Origin: Planctomycetales bacterium
GTDB lineage: Bacteria; 4484-113
Direction: 5' to 3'
Assembly (NCBI GenBank): GCA_037445915.1
Contig: JBBIJQ010000035.1
Location: 1-19,619, forward strand
DNA: 19,619 nt
The position numbers and the translations under genes are program-made. Every line of letters begins with the position of its first letter. The first letter of the stretch is position 1. The notes under the pieces were generated by a model. The model saw only the letters and a program-made list of their open reading frames with translations. It was not told the origin of the DNA and ran no database searches. Positions 1 to 6,692 of this stretch are shown here, in pieces.

Positions 1-174
1 CCTGCCCGGGGCTGCAAACCTGCACAATGCGCGCGGCTGAACTCAACAGGGCGCCTCCCCCAAAGCGATGACGACCGATAGCTATCGGTGAAGAGCATGA
101 ATGAAGTTTGTGCCTGAGATTCGGTTGCTTCTATCATCTTCCCCTCAACTGTAATTACATCGCAACTTCATCAT

Positions 175-306
175 GGCGTGACTGGCAGCCCCGCCTTCCT
201 CTCTGGGTTGTTGTGAATGGGAATCCCTAACACAGCCTGTCAGCAGTAAGTGCGGCTTTCCAGCCTCAATACTTGAAGGAAGCGAGGCAGGAATGCCCCG
301 CCTCCT
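175..306. repeat. Degenerate REP-like palindromes
   Basis: ggcgtgactggcagccccgccttcct (175-200), gtaagtgcggctttccagcctca (246-268) and gcgaggcaggaatgccccgcctcct (282-306). These are imperfect hairpins with G(T/G)AG-like feet, and the last two face each other. Confidence 0.5.
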
Positions 307-366
307 TTTCAATTAGCTCTTATCTTTCCCAAGCTTTACCACCAACAGCAGCCGCGCGGCCGAGGC

Positions 367-375
367 TGCTACAAT
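367..375 (+). promoter_or_regulatory. Extended -10 promoter for amrS
   Basis: TGcTACAAT, 9 nt upstream of ATG 385; no SD. Confidence 0.55.
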
Positions 376-384
376 GCTAGAGCG

Positions 385-1449
385 ATGGCGCGTGAGCAGT
401 TAGAACGCATTAGGGGCTTTGCATTTCCGGCGAAGTACTGGGAACCGCTGGCCGAACAAGGCGGGCGAGTGCGCGTCCAGTGCCTCCTTTGCCCAAGGGA
501 ATGCGTTATCTCTGAAGGCGCGCTGGGCTTTTGCGGGGTGCGCGGGGCGCTGGACGGGAAGCTGCGCAGCTTCATCTACGGCCGCCCCAGCTCCATTGCG
601 GTTGACCCGGTGGAGAAGAAGCCGCTTTACCACTTCCACCCCGGAAGCCTTTGCCTTTCGCTGGGGACAATAGGCTGCAACTTCCACTGCGAACACTGCC
701 AGAACTGCGGCATCTCCATTGCGCGCGCAGACGATGCGGGCGTGGCGATGCTATCGCGCAAGGCTGTTACGCCTGAAAACCTGGCGAAGATGTGCAAAGA
801 GCAAGGCGCTGGCGGCATCGCCTTCACATACAACGAGCCGGGCATTTGGGTTGAGTTTATCCTGGATGTGTTTTCCTACTTTAAGGAACACACCGGCTTT
901 TACACTGCGCTGGTTACCAACGGCTTCATCAACGCCGCGCCGCTGGAAGGCCTGCTCGCGCTGACGGGCGCATACCGCGTTGACTTGAAGTCGGTCGTGC
1001 CGCAGCGCCTTATGCGGATGGCAGCGTGGGACAAGCCGGAAAAGGTGCTGGAGAGCATTGCGCTGGCGGTGAAGCGCGGCGCGCATGTTGAGGTCGTGAC
1101 CAATGTCGTCACCGGCTGGAACGACTCGGAAGAAGAGCTTACGGAAATGGCGCGGCTGCTAGCGGATATCGCGCCGCCGGACACCCCGTGGCACTTCACG
1201 CGCTACTTTCCGCGCCACCATTACGCCCAGCCTCCTACGGCGATGGCGAAGCTTGATGAGGCTGCAGCCATCGCGCGCGCGCAGGGCTTCCAGTTCGTTT
1301 ACCTTGGCAATGTTGAGGGCGGCTGCGACACCACTTGCCCAAGCTGCGGGAACGTGCTCATCAGGCGCAGTGGTTATGAAGCTCAGGCGCTTATTAAAGA
1401 ACCGCGCTGCCCAAAGTGCGGCAGCGCGGTAAAGTCGCTAGTTTTATAA
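385..1449 (+). CDS. amrS: AmmeMemoRadiSam-system radical SAM enzyme (PFL-activase-like)
   Basis: N-terminal CLLCPREC...GFCGVR, the VDPVEKKPLYHFHPG signature, radical SAM CxxxCxxC (GCNFHCEHCQN), AFTYNEP, and C-terminal YLGNV...TTCPSCG...CPKCG are all typical of AmrS. Confidence 0.92.
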   Translation: MAREQLERIRGFAFPAKYWEPLAEQGGRVRVQCLLCPRECVISEGALGFCGVRGALDGKLRSFIYGRPSSIAVDPVEKKPLYHFHPGSLCLSLGTIGCNFHCEHCQNCGISIARADDAGVAMLSRKAVTPENLAKMCKEQGAGGIAFTYNEPGIWVEFILDVFSYFKEHTGFYTALVTNGFINAAPLEGLLALTGAYRVDLKSVVPQRLMRMAAWDKPEKVLESIALAVKRGAHVEVVTNVVTGWNDSEEELTEMARLLADIAPPDTPWHFTRYFPRHHYAQPPTAMAKLDEAAAIARAQGFQFVYLGNVEGGCDTTCPSCGNVLIRRSGYEAQALIKEPRCPKCGSAVKSLVL

Positions 1450-1459
1450 AGCTCGCAGC

Positions 1460-2545
1460 TTAGATGTAGAATTCCAGAGTCTCCTCTGGATGGTGGCCGA
1501 TGCGAACCTCAAGTTCCATGAAGCGGTCACGGCGAATCAGGCCGAAGACCATAATCTGGTCTTTCTTGGCGCCATAGACGATTTTCTCAAGCTGGCCGAT
1601 GCTTTTGAGGAGTGCGCCGTCAACCTTTACAACGAAGTCCTGGTAGCGCAAGCCGGCCTCATACGCGGGGCTTCCTTCCCAAACATCGTAGATGAGCATT
1701 CCCACGTCCCAATACTCGTCCGGAAGGTTCATGTACATCTTAAGGTCGTCTGTAACCTCACGGATGCCGCCCTGGGCGCTGAAGGAGCCTGAATAGGGCA
1801 TAACACCAAGCCAGGGGCGGAATGCCGGCTCGCGGGTAGATATTATCTGGTCACTAATGCGCTTCACAAGCGACGCCGGCATGAAGAAGTTTGTGTTCTG
1901 CATCCCCAGCGCGCGGCCGCCGCCAAACACGGCTTGGATGCCGATGACTTCGGAGTTGGCATTAAAGAGCGGGCTTCCCTCGTTGCCGGAGTTGATGACT
2001 ACGTCACTCTGTATCATATCGGGGACGAGCTGGCCGGAGCGAAGGCGCACGGTGCGGAGGGCGGAGACAATTCCGTATGAAACGGTATGGCCGTAGCCGC
2101 CTGCGGTGCCTACAACGACGACGGAGTCGCCCTGGCGGACCGGAGCTTTGGTAGCAAGCTTGGCGGGAGTCAGGTCTTTTGGCGGCTTCTTGAGTTTGAT
2201 AACGCCCAGCCCGTAGCCTTCGTCCTCCACTACGATTTCCGCAGGGAACTTCCGGCCGTCGGCAAGAGTGACTTCTAATTCCTGCGCATCAGTAAGCGCG
2301 CTGATATCGGTGAGGATATAGCCGCTCTTGTTGAGGATAAGGCCGGTTTTGTAACTCTGGACGATGCGCTGCTGGCGCGAGGTCAGCGAAACCGCGGCGA
2401 GCGAGAGGCTCACCGCCTCAATGGTCACCACGCTTTGCTTCGCCTGTTCCGCGACCTTAACGGCCACGAATTCGGCGCGCGCAGGCAAACAGACAGCCAA
2501 GGCTGCAAGCGCTAACACTGTGATAGAAGTCCACTTCAAGCGCAT
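1460..2545 (-). CDS. Exported HtrA/DegQ-fold trypsin-like domain plus PDZ protein, catalytically dead (pseudo-protease 2)
   Basis: Start placed at ATG 2545 (AGGAGA at 2551-2556) rather than GTG 2563. Signal peptide ends ...LPARA. HtrA scaffold present (GYILT, VTLADGRKF, TVSYGIVSA, IQSDVVIN, PWLG, GSPAYEAGL). Triad replaced: TNxH to TDIS, DLA to GLG, GNSGG to GNEGS. Confidence 0.88.
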   Translation of the reverse strand: MRLKWTSITVLALAALAVCLPARAEFVAVKVAEQAKQSVVTIEAVSLSLAAVSLTSRQQRIVQSYKTGLILNKSGYILTDISALTDAQELEVTLADGRKFPAEIVVEDEGYGLGVIKLKKPPKDLTPAKLATKAPVRQGDSVVVVGTAGGYGHTVSYGIVSALRTVRLRSGQLVPDMIQSDVVINSGNEGSPLFNANSEVIGIQAVFGGGRALGMQNTNFFMPASLVKRISDQIISTREPAFRPWLGVMPYSGSFSAQGGIREVTDDLKMYMNLPDEYWDVGMLIYDVWEGSPAYEAGLRYQDFVVKVDGALLKSIGQLEKIVYGAKKDQIMVFGLIRRDRFMELEVRIGHHPEETLEFYI

Positions 2546-2609
2546 AGCGTTCTCCTGTTTCACTCCGCCAGCCCGCGCGGGCTTAGCGGAGATTCTAACG
2601 TCCGAAGCC

Positions 2610-2804
2610 TTAAACCGAGAAGTTGATTACGTATCTCGGTTTCGGAACTGAATAAACCTTGACGGTAAAGATGCGGTTGCCGGGGCGCTTCACGTCAAAT
2701 ACGTATTCCTGGCCGATTTCGCCAAGAAGAACGTCGGAGCGGAAGTCTTCCGGGCGCGGGGGCGCCATCTCGTTGACGGTCAACAGCCGGTCGCCCTTGC
2801 GCAA
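2610..2804 (-). pseudogene. Out-of-frame C-terminal half of the PDZ domain of the active HtrA (continuation of 2780..3784)
   Basis: LRKGDRLLTVNEM...EIGQEYVFDVKRPGNRIFTVKV is the part of a PDZ domain that normally follows SPAxxAG. The upstream ORF breaks exactly at DSPAA (junction 2804/2805). Confidence 0.85.
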
Positions 2805-3784
2805 GCAGCAGGGGAATCGGGCTCTACATCAAAAACCCACAAGCCTTCCGGCCGCAAGCGCTCGCGAAACTCAACATAGCTTTCCCCGTTGCGGATGTTG
2901 GGCGGGAATATGCAATGCATACCGAGCCAAGGGATGTCCTGGCGCTTGTGCTCAAGCACTTCCACGACGAAGTTCTTGGGGAAGTTAATGGGAACAGCGG
3001 CGTTGCTTTGCTGCGAAAGTATCCAAGCGCCGCCCCAAGTGTTTATGCCGATGACTTCGCCGTGACGGTTGAAAAGCGGGCCGCCGGAGTTACCGCCGTT
3101 AATGGGGGTTTGAATGTTGAAGATATAGGGGAGGTTCATAGCGTAGCTAAGGCCGAACTGCCCGCTTTCGCTGTAGCGGTTGCGGTAGTTCCATGCAACC
3201 TGAAAGGATAAGTCGGTGTCGCGGCCCATGACGACGCGCATAGTCGCGGTTTGGCGCAGGCCCCAGAACTCCATCGGGTCGCTGCGGTCAATGTTCACGC
3301 CTTCGTCCGCGCCGGGCGAACCCATGGCCAACGCCAGGTCGCCGGGCTGGACCAAGTTGGAGTCGCCAAGTGTTACCGGAAACAGCTTGGCCGGGTCGGG
3401 ATCGTCAAGCACGAGCAGGGCGCAGTCGTAGTAAGGCGCAGCTGCGACCAGAGAAGCGCGCGCGCTGCTGCCGTCCCAGAAAATAATCTGGCAGACCGAC
3501 GCCTTGCCGGCGACGTGGGTGTTGGTGAGGATATGCCCCTGCTTGTCAATGACAAAGCCTGAGCCCAGCGACTGCAACTCTGCGGCAAACAGCGAAGTCA
3601 CGTCAATAGGGTGGACAACGACAACCCCACGGTGGACTTTCTCCACGAGGTCGGGCACGTTGATGGGGTTCTCGCGCAGGATGCGCTGGGTATCCCTGGG
3701 GGTAATCTCCGGCGCAGCGAACGCGCCGGTGAGTGCGGCGGATAGCGCCGCCAAAACGACAATCATAAACACCGTTGCTCTCAT
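2780..3784 (-). CDS. htrA: HtrA/DegQ-family serine protease with intact triad; frameshifted in the PDZ domain (full gene 2610..3784)
   Basis: ATG 3784 with GGAGGT about 10 nt upstream; signal peptide MRATVFMIVVLAALSAALTGAFA. Motifs LGSGFVID, ILTNTHV (His), YDCALL (Asp), INGGNSGGPL (Ser) and PDZ start PWLG...DSPAA. Confidence 0.9.
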   Translation of the reverse strand: MRATVFMIVVLAALSAALTGAFAAPEITPRDTQRILRENPINVPDLVEKVHRGVVVVHPIDVTSLFAAELQSLGSGFVIDKQGHILTNTHVAGKASVCQIIFWDGSSARASLVAAAPYYDCALLVLDDPDPAKLFPVTLGDSNLVQPGDLALAMGSPGADEGVNIDRSDPMEFWGLRQTATMRVVMGRDTDLSFQVAWNYRNRYSESGQFGLSYAMNLPYIFNIQTPINGGNSGGPLFNRHGEVIGINTWGGAWILSQQSNAAVPINFPKNFVVEVLEHKRQDIPWLGMHCIFPPNIRNGESYVEFRERLRPEGLWVFDVEPDSPAACARATGC

Positions 3785-3847
3785 TTTGTTACATACCTCC
3801 ACACTGCGCCACAGGGCTTGCCTGCGGCCCGAAACGGTTAGCGGCAC

Positions 3848-4963
3848 TTATTCGTCGTCTTCCTCTGGATACTCCAGTATTTGGACGACGGTCTCGTAAA
3901 TGTCGCCCCCCGTTGCCTTCGGGTCGGTGCTAATGCCCGGCGTAAACCGCCAGTAGCTGATAGTTACCAGATCGTTTATTTCAATGCGCCGGAAAAATGC
4001 GCTGTAATCAAACTGATACTTAATCTTGTTGCCGTCAAGCGAGACTATAAGGTCTCCCGCTTTCATGCCTGCGAGGTCGGCCGGGCTTCCCGGGTCAACA
4101 TAGGTAATGAACATTCCCGTCTCAATGCGGGCGGGTATTTCATTGAGCAGCCGGATCTGGTCGGTAAGGAGGATTGTTTCCGCGCCAAACCAGGGGCGCT
4201 TGGCCTTGCCCGCGATGATGCGGTCGGCAACCCTGACTACGTCGTTTATGGGCACCGCCAGGTTAATGTTGCTTTGGTTAAAGTCCAACACGGTGTCATA
4301 GACGATACCGACGACTTCCCCGTTCACGTTGGAGAGCGGGCCGCCCATCATCGCAAGCTGGTATGCCGCGTCAAACTGGATGTACTGCTCTGTCGGCTCT
4401 TCAACGCCCGGCAGCTCCTTGCGGATTGCGGAAATAACGCCCACGGTGCTGCTGTAGTCCTGGCCGCGTTCGCCGAAGCCTGTGATGCAGATTGGCTCGC
4501 CAAGCTTCAGGTGATCCGAGTTTGCCAGCGGGGCAGGAACCGGCTCGTACCTGTAGCCCCAGTTGACCTCAAGCACCGCCGTCTTGAAGACATCGTCGGT
4601 TCCGACTTTCTTAGCGGAAAACGACCTTCCGTCGGCGGTGATTACCCGGATATACTCCGCATGGGAGAGGATGAATGGGGTGGTAATCACGTATTTTGGA
4701 TCCTTGTAGATGAACCCGCAACCGTACAGGCCGTAGAGCGGCCGCGCACCGCGCATGTAGCTCCAGATTGCGTATTCAGTGTCGTTGCGCGGCTTGTCAA
4801 ACCGCGTCTCAATGAATACGACCGACGGCTTAAGCGACATTGCTGCTTGGTCGGAAGCGTAGTTAAGCTCCCAGCCCGGAGCAACCTGCGCGTTGGCGGT
4901 GTAGGCTATCGCCAGCGCAAACAGAAGCGAGCAAAGCCACGCCGCTTTGGAAAGTGGCCTCAT
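3848..4963 (-). CDS. Exported HtrA/DegQ-fold trypsin-like domain plus PDZ protein, catalytically dead (pseudo-protease 1)
   Basis: SD GAGGTGA; start is 18 nt after the proS stop. Signal peptide ends ...TANA. Scaffold GCGFI, TADGRSF, GVISA, YIQFDAA, GGPL, GEVVGI, PWFG, GSPADLAGMKAGD. Triad replaced: TNxH to TTPF, DLA to KTA, GNSGG to AMMGG. Confidence 0.88.
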   Translation of the reverse strand: MRPLSKAAWLCSLLFALAIAYTANAQVAPGWELNYASDQAAMSLKPSVVFIETRFDKPRNDTEYAIWSYMRGARPLYGLYGCGFIYKDPKYVITTPFILSHAEYIRVITADGRSFSAKKVGTDDVFKTAVLEVNWGYRYEPVPAPLANSDHLKLGEPICITGFGERGQDYSSTVGVISAIRKELPGVEEPTEQYIQFDAAYQLAMMGGPLSNVNGEVVGIVYDTVLDFNQSNINLAVPINDVVRVADRIIAGKAKRPWFGAETILLTDQIRLLNEIPARIETGMFITYVDPGSPADLAGMKAGDLIVSLDGNKIKYQFDYSAFFRRIEINDLVTISYWRFTPGISTDPKATGGDIYETVVQILEYPEEDDE

Positions 4964-4981
4964 AATTTCACCTCAAATCCC

Positions 4982-6451
4982 CTAGTATGACTGGCCCCAA
5001 TAAGCAAGGTACCGGGCGGGCCGGCCAGAAAGGATACAGAATACCTTATCAGATACAGCTTCGTTTTTCAACACGCGGACAGTCGCCGCGGTCGCTTCCT
5101 TGATTGCAGCCTCGGTTTCACGGGTGCCGTCCCAGGGCGCGACGGCGAATCCCTTGCCGGAAACAGCCTCTTTGAACTCGTCAAAGGTGTGCGCTTCAAT
5201 GAGCCGCGACGCCTGCGCCTGCTGCGTTTTCACGCGCAGCCGCATCTGGATATCCTCCATCATCGCGGCAAGCCCATTCATGTCAAATGTTCCGGCCGCC
5301 AAGTCAAACGCCAGCGGCTTCTTGCTGCGGTCGTCACGGGCCACTGCCGTCGCCTGGGAATTGGCGAGATCTTTAGGCCCTACTTCTAGACGCACGGGGA
5401 CACCCTTTAGTTCCCATTTAGAGAACTTGAATCCTGGGGTCGTCGTATCGTCGGCGTCCAGCTTCACGCGCATCGGCTCGCCGAAAGCCGAACCCGCCTT
5501 GATTATCTCCTCAAGCTTCGCAGCCGCCTCAAGCACCTGCGCCTTGGTTTCGTTCTGGAATATCGGCGTGATGACGGCCTGCACAGGCGCGAGCTTCGGC
5601 GGGAGAATGATGCCGTTGTCGTCGCCGTGTTGCATTATCAGGCCGCCGATGATGCGGTGGCTCACGCCCCAGCTCGTCGTCCAGACGTATTTCTCAATGT
5701 TGTCTTCGTCAAGGAACTTGATATCAAACGCCTTGGCGAAATTCTGGCCGAGGAAATGGCTGGTGCCTGATTGCAGCGCTTTGCCGTCGGGCATCATCGC
5801 CTCAATCGCGTAGGTTGAGACCGCGCCGGCGAACTTCTCCGAGTCGCTCTTCATCCCCGCGAGCACTGCCATAGAAAGGTCGTCGGTCGCAAACTCGCGG
5901 TAAACGTCAAGGATGCGCAGCGTTTCCTCCTGTGCCTCTTTCTCGTATCGGTGCGCGGTGTGCCCCTCCTGCCACAGGAACTCCAGCGTGCGCAGGAACG
6001 GGCGCGTCGCCTTCTCCCAGCGCACGACGTTCGCCCACTGGTTTTGCAGGATAGGCAGGTCGCGGTAGGAGTTGATCCACTTCGCCCACATAGTCCCGAT
6101 GATGACCTCGCTCGTGGGGCGCACTGCCAGCGGCTCGGCAAGCTTCTCGCCGCCGCCGATGGTGACCCATGCGACTTCGGGCGAGAAGCCCTCCACGTGC
6201 TGCGCCTCTTTCGTGAGCAGGCTCTTGGGGATGAACAGGGGGTAGTAAACGTTTTGCGCGCCGGTCTCGGCTATGCGGCGGTCAAGCAAAAACTTGATGC
6301 GCTCCCAAATCGCGTATCCGTATTCGCGGTAAACCATGCACCCGCGCACGGGCGCATAGTCCGCGAGTTCGCCTTTGAGAATCACGTCGGTGTACCAGTC
6401 CGACAGGTTCTCGCTGCGCTTGGCGATTTGTTTTGATTCAATCTTAGCCAT
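4982..6451 (-). CDS. proS: Proline--tRNA ligase, archaeal/eukaryotic (Thermus) type
   Basis: WYTDVI...DYAPVRG, HVEGFSPEV, RPTSE, YRDLP, VRWE..TRPFLRTLEFLWQEGHT, LQSGTSHFLGQNF, TSWGVS, WELKGVP and terminal Tyr; no INS editing domain. Start placed at ATG 6451. Confidence 0.97.
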   Translation of the reverse strand: MAKIESKQIAKRSENLSDWYTDVILKGELADYAPVRGCMVYREYGYAIWERIKFLLDRRIAETGAQNVYYPLFIPKSLLTKEAQHVEGFSPEVAWVTIGGGEKLAEPLAVRPTSEVIIGTMWAKWINSYRDLPILQNQWANVVRWEKATRPFLRTLEFLWQEGHTAHRYEKEAQEETLRILDVYREFATDDLSMAVLAGMKSDSEKFAGAVSTYAIEAMMPDGKALQSGTSHFLGQNFAKAFDIKFLDEDNIEKYVWTTSWGVSHRIIGGLIMQHGDDNGIILPPKLAPVQAVITPIFQNETKAQVLEAAAKLEEIIKAGSAFGEPMRVKLDADDTTTPGFKFSKWELKGVPVRLEVGPKDLANSQATAVARDDRSKKPLAFDLAAGTFDMNGLAAMMEDIQMRLRVKTQQAQASRLIEAHTFDEFKEAVSGKGFAVAPWDGTRETEAAIKEATAATVRVLKNEAVSDKVFCILSGRPARYLAYWGQSY

Positions 6452-6471
6452 AGCCGCCACCGGAAACAAAA

Positions 6472-6480
6472 ATTATAGCA
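6472..6480 (-). promoter_or_regulatory. Extended -10 promoter for the proS-htrA operon
   Basis: TGcTATAAT on the minus strand, 20 nt upstream of ATG 6451. Confidence 0.6.
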
Positions 6481-6520
6481 GAGGATAGCTGTAAAGCGCG
6501 CGCCTTCTCTCCTGATAAAC

Positions 6521-6638
6521 CGTAGGATGAACCGAGTGTGGACTCTTGCCCGCCGTAGCCTTTGCGTAGGAGGGTTAGTCCATACTACTACGCTGCGGCA
6601 GATGTGGGGACTGAAGTCACAACTCTGACCGTTCTACG
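6521..6638. repeat. REPIN-like inverted pair with an internal 30-nt mini-insertion
   Basis: cgtag... at 6521 and ...ctacg at 6638. Inner arms are gagtgtggact[insert 6545-6574]ttagtccatac and gtggggactgaagtcacaactc. Confidence 0.6.
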
Positions 6639-6672
6639 TTCTTTTTAATCTACCATCTACGGTTCCCCCCTC

Positions 6673-6681
6673 TGATATAAT
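6673..6681 (+). promoter_or_regulatory. Extended -10 promoter for the LptD-like gene
   Basis: TGaTATAAT, 5 nt before GTG 6687 and 11 nt before ATG 6693. Confidence 0.6.
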
Positions 6682-6692
6682 TCCCGGTGCGA

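Noticed and set aside
1-137. Possible 5' end of a minus-strand gene (ATG 137, GAGGGG upstream, open to the window edge)
   Set aside because: Only 45 codons are visible, with no recognisable motif, so it cannot be supported from this window.
2796-2815. Programmed ribosomal frameshift in the active htrA
   Set aside because: No slippery heptamer, and three conserved codons are missing, so a shift alone would not restore the PDZ motif.
3785-3847. ORF-track start at GTG 3847 (also 2563, 6469 and 13731 for other genes)
   Set aside because: Downstream ATGs (3784, 2545, 6451, 13662) fit SD sites, signal peptides, promoter position or stop-start overlap better.
3881-4990. 369-aa plus-strand ORF
   Set aside because: Antisense shadow of the HtrA-like gene 3848..4963.
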